34,633 bases of DNA from Pseudomonadota bacterium (GCA_039714615.1 JBDLIZ010000001.1:1-34633); one strand, 5' to 3'; counted from the stretch's first letter, positions 1 to 9,293 are shown. A program made the numbers and translations. Notes: generated from the sequence alone by a model not told the origin.

Positions 1-1
1 A

Positions 2-352
2 CTGGCAATCAATCGAACCCTGGCCCGCGACCACCAGGCCGCGGAGTTCGGTCTTGCAGCCGTGGTACGTTTCGACCCGGTGGACATGAAAGTTCACGCG
101 CAACTCCAGGGTGATGAACCGGCCTTGACACATGAAATACTTCGAATGCAACTACCGCACCCGACTCTGGCCGATCTGGATTACAGTATCATCCTCGAGA
201 AACACGGTTATGGCAGCTATCTAGGTAAACTGCCCACCCTCGCGGCGAGCAACTGGCACCTGCTCATCGAATCTGAACCACAGGACTGGCGTCTTACCGC
301 TCGAGTGGATCTACCACGAGAAACCTCAATACGTCTTGGCCATATGCAGTAA
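2..352 (+). CDS. FixH/CcoH-family protein, C-terminal part (5' end outside window)
   Basis: Frame 2 is open from base 2 to TAA at 350-352. The translation ...LAINRTLARDHQAAEFGLAAVVRFD...LPHPTLADLDYSIIL...SNWHLLIESEPQDWRLTARVDLP fits the FixH pattern as I recall it (GLAIN.., HPT-x3-D, W-x-L, WRL). The listed 62..352 ORF is only the GTG-truncated tail. Confidence 0.55.
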   Translation: MAINRTLARDHQAAEFGLAAVVRFDPVDMKVHAQLQGDEPALTHEILRMQLPHPTLADLDYSIILEKHGYGSYLGKLPTLAASNWHLLIESEPQDWRLTARVDLPRETSIRLGHMQ

Positions 353-428
353 TTCCATAGTTCTTTTTCTACCTAGATCCTGCAAGTGATCTAGGTTCTA
401 TTATTTCAAGCTGATGCCTGATCATATA

Positions 429-592
429 TACCCATGACGAATGGATTTTCCGGACGCATAGCACGCCGCCTTTGCCGTATAGCGGCGTTGGACCACGAAA
501 GCCATAGTAAAAACTATGACTTACGTGGTCCGCCTTGCTCTACGACAAACTCGAAGTACTCTGCACTCCTGAAAACCCATCCGTCATGGGTA
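429..592. mobile_element. Foldback MITE family A, copy 1 (164 bp)
   Basis: Begins tacccatgacgaatgg and ends ccatccgtcatgggta (about 25-nt terminal inverted repeats). It aligns over its whole length with 14216..14379 and 24172..24335. TA is present at both ends. Confidence 0.85.
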
Positions 593-1326
593 TGACTGCA
601 CTTGCCGCATTCCTGGTCGGCCTTTTGGGATCGGTCCATTGTATCGGCATGTGCGGCGGGATCGTAGGCGCCCTAACCCTGGGGCTTCCACAGACCACCA
701 GAGACTCTACGGCTGCGATGTTGACCTATTTGTTGGCCTATAATATCGGCCGAATCAGCAGTTACGCCATAGCGGGGATGATATTAGGCGGCCTGGGTCA
801 GCAGTTCTACACTCTGGGCGATATCGGCATTACCGGTCGGATTGGCCAATGGTTGTCAGGCCTGTTCATGATTGCCTTGGGCATCTATCTGACTGGCTGG
901 ACAAAGGTTCTAGCCCCGCTGGAACGCGCCGGCGCCCATCTGTGGCGAAAAATCGAACCTCTAGGAAAAAGGTTCCTCCCCGTCAAAGGTGCAGGACAGG
1001 CCCTGGGACTGGGCCTGGTATGGGGTTGGCTGCCCTGCGGCATGGTCTATTCCGTACTGGTCTGGGCCCTGGTGGCAGGCAATACCCTAAGAGGTGCGCA
1101 AATCATGGTGGCCTTCGGCCTGGGCACCTTGCCCATGTTGCTGCTAATGGGAGGGGCCGCCAGATGGCTAGGCTCTTTGGTAAGAAAAAACTGGATCAGA
1201 CGCACAGCAGGGATACTGATCATCGCCTTTGGCCTTGGTGGCCTGCTTCTACCGCATGCACATCATCAGCACGGCGATCATGAGGGAACTGAGCAGCATT
1301 CGCACAACACGCAGCAACATTCCTAA
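586..1326 (+). CDS. DsbD_2 / TauE-SafE-like integral membrane protein with His-rich C-terminal tail
   Basis: Multi-TM protein with the motifs GSVHCIGMCGGI and WLPCGMVYS, and the tail PHAHHQHGDHEGTEQHSHNTQQHS. The listed TTG start at 535 lies inside MITE-A. The conserved core starts at ATG 586 or 592. Confidence 0.7.
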   Translation: MGMTALAAFLVGLLGSVHCIGMCGGIVGALTLGLPQTTRDSTAAMLTYLLAYNIGRISSYAIAGMILGGLGQQFYTLGDIGITGRIGQWLSGLFMIALGIYLTGWTKVLAPLERAGAHLWRKIEPLGKRFLPVKGAGQALGLGLVWGWLPCGMVYSVLVWALVAGNTLRGAQIMVAFGLGTLPMLLLMGGAARWLGSLVRKNWIRRTAGILIIAFGLGGLLLPHAHHQHGDHEGTEQHSHNTQQHS

Positions 1327-1341
1327 TATGCTTCTTATCTT

Positions 1342-3117
1342 ATGAGTAACAACGAATCCAGTTCTATCTCCGTAGCCATCACCGGATCGGGGGGTAGTGG
1401 TGTGGTCACTGCGGGGCATATCTTGTTGGCAGCAGCTGCCCGAGCGGGGATGTTTGGGTTAATGAGCCGCTCTTCGGGACCACAGATCCGCGGCGGAGAA
1501 TCAGCGGCGATGCTGCGTATTGCAACCCTTCCGGTCCATTGCATGGCCGAACGCTTTGACCTCCTGCTCGCGCTCGATTGGCGAAACATGATCCGCTTTG
1601 CCGAAGAGATTCCCCTAAACGCGGATAGTCTGATTATTAGAGACCCTGCCGCGGGTGATATCCCCGCTGTCATCTCCGCGAGTGGCGCCCGAGTGATGGA
1701 TGTCCCCCTAAAACAGCTCGCCAAGGAAATTCCTGAGGGGCGCCCCAATATGATCGGTCTCGGTGTGCTCGCCGACCTGGTAGGCCTTTCCCTTGATACA
1801 GTGACCAAGACGGCAACAAAAGGGCTAACGGGGAAGGCCGAAAAACTGCTCCAGTCCTCCGAAATCTGCATCGCCCGCGGATATGGATTGCATAGGGAGA
1901 TAACACTTATGCATACACTCCCCGTGGTGGACCGAGCGCCGCAGCGTTGGAATATCAGCGGCAATGAGGCGAGTGGTTTGGGAGCACTGCGTGGCGGGGT
2001 GCGTTTTGTGGCCGCCTACCCCATCACCCCGGCCACCGAGATGTTGGAGTGGCTGGCACCAAGGCTGGAACAGTGCGGTGGCACACTCTTACAGGCCGAA
2101 GATGAGCTGGCATCGGTCAATATGTTGATTGGCGCCTCTTTTGGCGGAGTGCCCTCTTTGACCGCCACCTCCGGCCCGGGTCTCAGCTTAATGATGGAGG
2201 GATTGGGCTTGGCCGTGGCCAGTGAATCGCCCATTGTGGTCGCCAACGTGATGCGCGGTGGACCGTCGACGGGCATACCGACCAAGACGGAACAGTCTGA
2301 TCTCAATATCGCCCTCTACGGCCTGCACGGAGATGCACCCCATCTGGTACTTGCAGCGCTGAATATTGGCGATTGCGCATTGACTACCCAATGGGCAGTG
2401 CATCTGGCGGAGTATTTACAGACCGCAGCGATTGTCCTCTCCGATCAATCTCTGGGCCAATCTCGGGCAGTGATCCCGGTGCCACAAGCCGTGGAGTTCC
2501 CACATTCGCGGAAGACGGCTCAGGCCAACACCGAGGGATATCGGCGTTATGTAGCGGCCGAAGATGACGTCTCGCCCATGGCGTTGCCTGGTACGGCTGG
2601 GTGCATCTATACGGCGGATGGCCTGGAGCACAATGATCTGGGAACGCCTTCGAGCACACCAGCAGATCATTTGCAGCAGTTGAATAAACACCAAGGGAAA
2701 CTCGAGAAATTTGATTTTACCGCACATTGGGCGGAAATCGTTGGCCACGGAGATGCGGCAATAATCACCTGGGGCTCTAGCTCTGGGGCCTGTCTCGAAG
2801 CAGCGGCACGTTTGCAAGCCCAGGGCACTGGCGTACGGGTCATTGCGCTGCGTCTGTTGGCGCCATTGCAAAAAAGATTGCTTACCGAATCACTGGCGGG
2901 GGTTTGTTCGGTCATGGTGGTCGAGCAAAATCATTCCGCCCAGCTTTATCACTATCTTTGTTCTCATGATGTCCTGCCAAAGGGCGCAGGGATATTGGCA
3001 CGCCCCGGACCATTGCCCATTCGTCCAGCAGAAATCGTTGCGGCTTTCAAGCGCTATAATGGAGATGAGCACCTTGACTCAGAAACTGAAACCAAGACCC
3101 AAGTATTACAAATCTGA
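1342..3117 (+). CDS. korA: 2-oxoglutarate (2-oxoacid):ferredoxin oxidoreductase, alpha subunit (fused gamma-alpha type)
   Basis: 591 aa. The N-terminal gamma-like domain reads ITGSGGSGVVTAGHILLAAAARAG...GPQIRGGES, followed by the alpha core AAYPITPATEMLEW...ASFGG...TATSGPGLSLM. A TPP-binding beta subunit follows immediately. Confidence 0.9.
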   Translation: MSNNESSSISVAITGSGGSGVVTAGHILLAAAARAGMFGLMSRSSGPQIRGGESAAMLRIATLPVHCMAERFDLLLALDWRNMIRFAEEIPLNADSLIIRDPAAGDIPAVISASGARVMDVPLKQLAKEIPEGRPNMIGLGVLADLVGLSLDTVTKTATKGLTGKAEKLLQSSEICIARGYGLHREITLMHTLPVVDRAPQRWNISGNEASGLGALRGGVRFVAAYPITPATEMLEWLAPRLEQCGGTLLQAEDELASVNMLIGASFGGVPSLTATSGPGLSLMMEGLGLAVASESPIVVANVMRGGPSTGIPTKTEQSDLNIALYGLHGDAPHLVLAALNIGDCALTTQWAVHLAEYLQTAAIVLSDQSLGQSRAVIPVPQAVEFPHSRKTAQANTEGYRRYVAAEDDVSPMALPGTAGCIYTADGLEHNDLGTPSSTPADHLQQLNKHQGKLEKFDFTAHWAEIVGHGDAAIITWGSSSGACLEAAARLQAQGTGVRVIALRLLAPLQKRLLTESLAGVCSVMVVEQNHSAQLYHYLCSHDVLPKGAGILARPGPLPIRPAEIVAAFKRYNGDEHLDSETETKTQVLQI

Positions 3118-3901
3118 TATCAAACCCGTGTGGTGCCCGGGCTGTGGGCACTTTGCGGTATTGAGCGCCTTGACTAAGGCCTTGGCACACCTTGCCCTGC
3201 CACGTGAACAGGTTGCCTTGGTGTCGGGTATTGGATGTTCTTCGCGAATTCCAGCCTATGCGCAGGTCTATGGATTTCACGGCATCCATGGCAGGGCCCT
3301 GGCGTTGGCCTCAGGGCTCAAAGCGGTCCGTGCGGACCTCACGGTACTGATCGCCGGGGGTGATGGCGACGGTTTTTCCATCGGCGGCAATCACTTTCTG
3401 CATGCCTGCCGTCGAAACATGGATATGACTTACATCGTGATGGATAATGAGGTCTACGGGATGACAAAAGGACAGGCCTCGCCCACCACCGCCCCCGATT
3501 GGGTCAGCAGCAAGATGACCCCCAGTGGTACTGGTATTCGCCCCTTTCAGCCCGCGGCCATCGCGCTGGCGGCCGGCGCCACCTTTATTGCCCGTGGCTT
3601 CTCAGGCGATCCCAACGGCATTACGCATCTGCTGGTGCAGGCGATCGAGCATCCCGGATTTGCCCTGATCCAAATCCTGAGCCCTTGTCTCACGTTTCGT
3701 CCTGAACAGCGGGAATGGAAAAATATTGTCAGTGAATTTTCTGTCGAATCCACTTCTGATCCAGCGCAGGCAGCACAGCGAATCCAGGCCGACAATGGGA
3801 TGTCTACGGGTCTCATCTACTCGCGGCAGTTGCCCGTTTGGCAGCCACCCAATCGAGTAAGCACCAGCTTGAACAAAATCGAACGGGAGTTTGTAGTGTG
3901 A
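3059..3901 (+). CDS. korB: 2-oxoglutarate (2-oxoacid):ferredoxin oxidoreductase, beta subunit
   Basis: Contains KPVWCPGCGHFAVL, GIGCSSR and the TPP motif GGDGDGFSIGGNHF...NMDMTYIVMDNEVYGMTKGQ. I prefer the ATG at 3059 (MEMSTLTQ), which overlaps the korA end, over the listed 2843 start that lies within korA. Confidence 0.9.
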   Translation: MEMSTLTQKLKPRPKYYKSDIKPVWCPGCGHFAVLSALTKALAHLALPREQVALVSGIGCSSRIPAYAQVYGFHGIHGRALALASGLKAVRADLTVLIAGGDGDGFSIGGNHFLHACRRNMDMTYIVMDNEVYGMTKGQASPTTAPDWVSSKMTPSGTGIRPFQPAAIALAAGATFIARGFSGDPNGITHLLVQAIEHPGFALIQILSPCLTFRPEQREWKNIVSEFSVESTSDPAQAAQRIQADNGMSTGLIYSRQLPVWQPPNRVSTSLNKIEREFVV

Positions 3902-4425
3902 AAGACAAGGGCCCGAAAACGATCGACAACGTAGCGATGTTTTTCGCCTATGCCTACATGCTCGAATGCGAATCGGCGGAGCGCTATCAGGACATGGCCG
4001 ATTGCATGGAAGTACATAATAACCTGGAGGTGTCTGAGTTATTTCAGAAAATGGCACAGCATGCAGAACAGCGGGTGGAGGAAGTTTCTCGGCGCACCGA
4101 AGGCATCGATCTGCCCGAGATTCCACCATGGGAGTTTGGCTGGACCTGCCCACAAAGCCCGGAAACACCATGCAGTGATAAGTTCCACTACCTAATGAGT
4201 ACGCAGCAAGCGCTGGAAGTGGCTTTATACAATGCAAACCGTGGCAGTGAATTTTATGCCCAAGTGGCCTGCGAGTCGCCCGACAAAAACGTGCGCCATA
4301 TCGCCGCAGAATATGTCACGGGCGCGCTGAAACACAGCGATATGCTCAAGCGATGGATGGCCAAGGCAGCAGAAAACGACGAGGAACCCTTAGAGGATCT
4401 AGATCCACCGAACATCACAGAATAG
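3898..4425 (+). CDS. Ferritin-like / rubrerythrin-like four-helix-bundle protein
   Basis: The GTG at 3898 overlaps the korB stop (GTGA). Glu/His-bearing helices include AYAYMLECESAERYQDMADCMEVHNN, ELFQKMAQHAEQ, ALYNANRGSEFYAQ and IAAEYVTGALKH. Canonical ExxH ligand pairs are not obvious by eye. Confidence 0.55.
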   Translation: MKDKGPKTIDNVAMFFAYAYMLECESAERYQDMADCMEVHNNLEVSELFQKMAQHAEQRVEEVSRRTEGIDLPEIPPWEFGWTCPQSPETPCSDKFHYLMSTQQALEVALYNANRGSEFYAQVACESPDKNVRHIAAEYVTGALKHSDMLKRWMAKAAENDEEPLEDLDPPNITE

Positions 4426-4457
4426 TACTAATTCTCCTCAACTAATCAGGAAACAGC

Positions 4458-5222
4458 ATGAAAAAGATTCTATTGATAAGTGGTCTGGCGGTAGTCGTTG
4501 TGATTGGCATTGTGGTATGGCGTGTATGGGCCAATCTCGATGTCATCGTAGCGGAGATCATCGAAAAAACCGGTACCGAAGTGATGCAAACACCGGTCAA
4601 GGTATCCGGGGTGAAACTGGCGCTTACCGAAGGTAAGGCAGCCATCGAGGGATTGAGCATCAACAACCCACCCGGCTTCTCTGACCCCAACATCTTTACG
4701 CTAAATGAGATCGCCGTGGGTCTGGATCTGGCCACGATCAACAAGAATCCAATAGTCATTGACGAAATTCTCATTCGCCGCCCAGAAGTCTTTTTCGAGC
4801 TCAATGATAAAAATGAGTCCAACCTGGATGCGCTCAAAAAGAGGATGGAGGCGTACAAGCAAGGTACAAAAGAGAAACCCAAGGCCGAGGCGACCGGGGA
4901 ATCTTCCGGCGAACCCATCAAACTGATCATCAACAAGGTGCTGTTCGAAGGCGGACACATCAGCGCCAAGAGCGACCTCAAACCCGATAAGCGACTTGAG
5001 GCCAATCTGCCCCGGATTCAGATAAATAACCTGGGCAAGAACCAGGGTGGTGCAACCCCGGCACAAATTGCTGAGGAGATCACCCAGCGGCTGGTGGACC
5101 AGGCGATTCAGGCTACCGCCCAACTCGCCACCCAGTGGGCCATTGATCAGGCCAAGGAGAAGGGCAAGGAGGCATTGCAGAAAGAACTGGGTAAGTCAGT
5201 GGACGGATTGCTGAAACGATAG
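4458..5222 (+). CDS. Membrane-anchored hypothetical protein (possibly AsmA/DUF748-like)
   Basis: 254 aa with an N-terminal signal anchor MKKILLISGLAVVVVIGIVVW and a charged Lys/Glu-rich C-terminus. An ATG with aggaaa lies upstream. No catalytic motif recognised. Confidence 0.5.
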   Translation: MKKILLISGLAVVVVIGIVVWRVWANLDVIVAEIIEKTGTEVMQTPVKVSGVKLALTEGKAAIEGLSINNPPGFSDPNIFTLNEIAVGLDLATINKNPIVIDEILIRRPEVFFELNDKNESNLDALKKRMEAYKQGTKEKPKAEATGESSGEPIKLIINKVLFEGGHISAKSDLKPDKRLEANLPRIQINNLGKNQGGATPAQIAEEITQRLVDQAIQATAQLATQWAIDQAKEKGKEALQKELGKSVDGLLKR

Positions 5223-5307
5223 GGCGGCCAATCAGCGATCGCGGTGTGATCTAGACTATGACAACGGCCCCGACAACGAGGCCGGAGGATCTTCGCTTAT
5301 CCGGCCC

Positions 5308-8247
5308 TCAAGCCGTCTTTTTTTCTTCGCTCGATCTAAGCATTGCAAACAATTCCTCCGAGCAGACGGGTCTTCCAATACAATAGCCTTGGGCATAATC
5401 GACGCCAAAGGACTTAAGGACGCGTATTACATCGTTTCCCTCAACGAATTCGGCTATGGTCTTTTTGCCGAATCCCCTGGCGACATCGGTGATCGCTTTC
5501 ACCAGGATCTGCTTGTCACGGTTGTTGGATAGGTCGCGAATAAACGAACCATCGATCTTGACATAATCAGCAGGCAATTGATTGAGGTAGCGTAGTGAAG
5601 AAAAACCGGCACCGAAATCATCCAACGCAAAGCTGCACCCCAGTTGACGAATGGAATCCATCAAGCTGCGTGCCGCGACGAAATCGGCAACCGCCGCCGT
5701 CTCGGTGATCTCAAATATCACCGATTCAGGATTCACACCCTGATGAGTAAGCAGCTCCGATAGGGCAGACAACAGATGGGGATCCTCGAAGACTCGCCCG
5801 GACAGATTGATAGAAACATGGATATCATGCCCGGCGTCTCGCAGCGCTACTACCTGATTGATTCCCTTATGCATTACCATATGATCGATCGCATGGATCA
5901 GGCCGCTTCTCTCGCAGTGGCCTATAAACAAATCCGGTCTTACCAGTTGGCCCTCATTGTCCTTGTCTTCCATGCGCAGCAGCGCCTCGACATGGGTGAT
6001 AAGATTGGTGCGCAGATCCATGATCGGTTGATAATGAAGCACAAAGCGATCTTCAGACAAGGCCTCTTCGACACGCTCCTTCCAATACACATGGGCACGC
6101 ATCTGTTCTCGCCCGGGGTCGGTGGCGGAGAACAGATGCCAGCGGTTTCGCACCCCTTCCTTTGCTTGATACATCGCCATATCGGCATTCGCCAACAGCT
6201 CCTGCACATCCGCTCCATGACGTGGAAACAATGCGATACCCGTACTCACCGAGATCCTGAAAGATCTTTCTCCTGCGGGAAGATGTAATGCGCATAAGGC
6301 ATCACTAAATTTTTGTGCTGCCTTGAGCGCGCCATCCTCATTGGTCTGGCTGATCAGCACTCCGAATTCATCCCCCCCCAAGCGACCGACGATATCGGTC
6401 CCCCTAACCAGACGAGACAAGGTGTTGGCCACCAACTTGAGCAGCATATCACCGGCCTGATGACCACTGGTGTCATTAATATACTTGAACTCGTCGAGGT
6501 CAAAGAAAAGCAGGGCACCTTCATTATCGTAACGCTGCGATTCCGCAAGTGCACGATCCAGCTCCTTCTGAAAACGGCGTCGATTATATAAACCCGTCAG
6601 AGGATCGTGGTCAGCCATCCAGGATAACCGCTGTTCGGCCTGCTTCTGTTCGGTCACGTCCAAGCCAATGGACAATACGACCGGTTTCCCATTACCGTTG
6701 GCGCCGAGTCGCGAATGCAACCAGGCGATATCACGGTTTGCTCCATCCCGACACACCAACTTGGATTCATGCCGATATTGCTCACGAGCGGCTTGAGCCA
6801 ACTCGTCCAGGCCTGAAGACGCACCGGTTGAATAATCGTCAATGTCGATGAGACTGAAAAAGGTCTTGATGTCCACCACTTCATCCCGATTGAAACCACT
6901 GAGCGACTCGCCATAGTGATTGAACATGAGAATGTTTTGGTTTTCGTCCTGGGTAAGAATAATGACCTGTGCAGTGTTTAATAGAAGGCGTATAAAATCC
7001 CGTTCATTGGTAAGTTCCTGCATCCTTTCATTCAGGGCGCGGGTCCGCTCCCTGACATCGTTTTCTAAGCTTTCCAGACGTTTGGACAGCTCGATGGCCG
7101 TCTCATCCAGGATGTCAACCTCGTCACGAAACCTCAGTTCACGACTGCGCCCCTGGATCGATCTGCGAACGCGTTCAAACGCCCCCACACCAAGCAACGG
7201 CAAGGTTTCAGCCGTGAGACGAAGCCGATTCATGGGGGTAGAGATCAATGCCAGCAACAGCAGTTCTGATACGACCAGGCCCAGCACACCGAGCAGTAGA
7301 TTGTCTCTGATGGCGGCCTCGATATTGGCCAATGACTGGGTAATATCCGAGATAATCACAAAATGGCCTTGTGTTTCATGACCGGAATACTTCACCGGTA
7401 ACACTGTTACCTCAAAGTGTCGCTCATTGAATTCAGCGGATATCCCTTTGGCCAAGGCACGCTTGTGCGGGTATTGCTTAGATACACTACGCAACAGATC
7501 CAGATTCTGCCCCCAACCCGTCAACGCCGAGATATGAGCCTGCCATTGAGGCAGACCCCTTTTGGCCCCCCATTCGGCCACCCCATTGTCATCATTGACG
7601 ATTAAACCGATATCCGCACCTGAAATCTGTTTAAAACTCAGCACGATATCCGTCAGCGGACTGCCGAGTAATACCGCCCCGATATGTTGGCCTTGCATCA
7701 GAATTGGCGATACTGCATACAATTCACAATCGGCCATACAATCAAGGGTGGTTACCGGGCGCTCATCACGGTTGGACTGCCTCGCCCATTCGGATGTGAC
7801 AGTATCGGATTTCTCCGGCAGCCCCGAACGACCCCAGGCGGCCAGAAGTTGATTGTTGTTATCGTATATCTGCCCAACATCCAGACCAAATTGGATCTGC
7901 AGATCCGTCCAATGCCGATCAAAGGCGGAATACAATTGAGATGGATCACCCGCCAATAGGGCCGATGGTACTCCCTTGAGTTTCTGAATAAGTTCGGAAA
8001 GATGCTGCAGCCGGACCAACGATTGATCGATCAAACCATTGAGCTCTTGCTCTTGGCGGTGTTTAATGATTGACCGTTGTTCCCTGAACTGAGAGATCTG
8101 GTTTAAATAACTAAGGACCGAGAAAGATACTGTAATGATAATCAATACCACACTGGTGAGTATTATCGCCTTCCATTTGAGGCTTAGCATGCGTGGGGAT
8201 CTCTGTTTAATCCGATCTGGTTGCATACTCACGGAACGATCACTCAT
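5308..8247 (-). CDS. Sensor diguanylate cyclase/phosphodiesterase (TM-periplasmic sensor-TM-coiled coil-PAS-GGDEF-EAL)
   Basis: 979 aa. Motifs seen are RLGGDEFGVL (GGDEF), EALLRME (EAL) and DDFGAGFSSL. There are two hydrophobic segments (AIILTSVVLIIITVSF and LLLGVLGLVVSELLLLALI) and a PAS-like region before GGDEF. Confidence 0.9.
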   Translation of the reverse strand: MSDRSVSMQPDRIKQRSPRMLSLKWKAIILTSVVLIIITVSFSVLSYLNQISQFREQRSIIKHRQEQELNGLIDQSLVRLQHLSELIQKLKGVPSALLAGDPSQLYSAFDRHWTDLQIQFGLDVGQIYDNNNQLLAAWGRSGLPEKSDTVTSEWARQSNRDERPVTTLDCMADCELYAVSPILMQGQHIGAVLLGSPLTDIVLSFKQISGADIGLIVNDDNGVAEWGAKRGLPQWQAHISALTGWGQNLDLLRSVSKQYPHKRALAKGISAEFNERHFEVTVLPVKYSGHETQGHFVIISDITQSLANIEAAIRDNLLLGVLGLVVSELLLLALISTPMNRLRLTAETLPLLGVGAFERVRRSIQGRSRELRFRDEVDILDETAIELSKRLESLENDVRERTRALNERMQELTNERDFIRLLLNTAQVIILTQDENQNILMFNHYGESLSGFNRDEVVDIKTFFSLIDIDDYSTGASSGLDELAQAAREQYRHESKLVCRDGANRDIAWLHSRLGANGNGKPVVLSIGLDVTEQKQAEQRLSWMADHDPLTGLYNRRRFQKELDRALAESQRYDNEGALLFFDLDEFKYINDTSGHQAGDMLLKLVANTLSRLVRGTDIVGRLGGDEFGVLISQTNEDGALKAAQKFSDALCALHLPAGERSFRISVSTGIALFPRHGADVQELLANADMAMYQAKEGVRNRWHLFSATDPGREQMRAHVYWKERVEEALSEDRFVLHYQPIMDLRTNLITHVEALLRMEDKDNEGQLVRPDLFIGHCERSGLIHAIDHMVMHKGINQVVALRDAGHDIHVSINLSGRVFEDPHLLSALSELLTHQGVNPESVIFEITETAAVADFVAARSLMDSIRQLGCSFALDDFGAGFSSLRYLNQLPADYVKIDGSFIRDLSNNRDKQILVKAITDVARGFGKKTIAEFVEGNDVIRVLKSFGVDYAQGYCIGRPVCSEELFAMLRSSEEKKTA

Positions 8248-8437
8248 CAGCTAAATGATATTCTGGCGGCGAATGATCGCCGCCGATTTACAGCTTTTTG
8301 GAATAGAGGCTACTTTGCAACTCACTACCTATAACTCCCATCAACTCATGGAGTTCTGAAGACAGGTTGGGTTGGATATCCTCCCGGCTAATCACAAACG
8401 GCCCTCGCATTCCATGGTAATCAACTATGTCTCCTAT

Positions 8438-9037
8438 CTAGGTAAATACAATGCCATATATTCTAAACATTCTCGTCAACCGAGGTTCCATCATAGCAAA
8501 ACCGTATTTAAGATCGTTATCCAATAACGCGGAAAGTATTCCCAACATTAGGATGATGGAGATCAACGGGAAGGTATCACGACCGCTGGCAATAAGTTTT
8601 TGATGACTAGGCATGCTGATCGGACTTTTCTCATCGCTCTTTCGCCGTCGGAAAGCGGGGAGAACAGCCAACCGTGAGACTTCTCCAAAACTGCCGCGCT
8701 CAAGCATGCTGATATCCATCTTTTGTTTATCTACAGCCTCTTGGCAGCAGTATTCGAACGGCAACAAGGAGGTTTTCCCCTTCAGACTCGGCCTTATCAA
8801 ACGAACGCAGCCAGCAACTGATTTACTGGGTTTGTGGATAAGTAAACAATGCAAAGATTGATCATCGTACTCATCCCGCTCCAATTGGTCTGGAAAATTT
8901 TCTTCACGCTCGTATTGAAACTCCCTACAATACACTTGATACCGTATACGAAACGCATGCATGCGCTGCTCTCTAGTCATTGCATAGGTCACATTAAAAT
9001 ATTGTTTGTACGAATCAATGATCTTTACTCTGTCCAT
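8438..9037 (-). CDS. GNAT-fold N-acyl amino acid synthase-like acyltransferase (PEP-CTERM/exosortase-associated type)
   Basis: FRIRYQVYCREFQYEREENFPDQLERDEYDDQSLHCLLIHKPS..AGCVRLIRP matches my recollection of the exosortase-associated acyltransferase family. Start taken at MDRVKIID (9037) rather than the listed 9082. Confidence 0.5.
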   Translation of the reverse strand: MDRVKIIDSYKQYFNVTYAMTREQRMHAFRIRYQVYCREFQYEREENFPDQLERDEYDDQSLHCLLIHKPSKSVAGCVRLIRPSLKGKTSLLPFEYCCQEAVDKQKMDISMLERGSFGEVSRLAVLPAFRRRKSDEKSPISMPSHQKLIASGRDTFPLISIILMLGILSALLDNDLKYGFAMMEPRLTRMFRIYGIVFT

Positions 9038-9293
9038 GATGAATAGTACTCCATTTAAAAAACAAACGGTATTGAGTGTCACTTGTAGCGTACTTCTTAG
9101 GAATAGGCATAAAATAAGTTGACCAACCCAACACCGGATACGGGCGATAAGGCAAACCAGTTAGGCAGCTTATTTCGATAACAACCCTAAAACAAGCCAG
9201 TTTCGGTCAATATACCAGATTGACCGGCCATACGGCCGATGGCTGTCGAGCTATCCCTCTCCCCATGAAGAGGGTATTGTTAAGACCAATAAT

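Noticed and set aside
849-1964. ORFs 849..1283 (+) and 1335..1964 (-), the latter 209 aa
   Set aside because: They lie in alternative or antisense frames of the DsbD_2-type gene and korA. They have Arg/Pro/Ser-rich low-complexity translations typical of off-frame reading of GC-rich coding DNA, and no motifs.
2843-3058. Long upstream extension of the korB ORF (listed start 2843)
   Set aside because: The extension lies inside korA in another frame and translates to Cys/Trp-rich nonsense. The conserved KorB sequence begins after the ATG at 3059/3065.
5280-5306. Hairpin ggccgga-N13-tccggcc between convergent genes
   Set aside because: 7-bp stem with a 13-nt loop and no U-tract on either strand, too weak to call a terminator.
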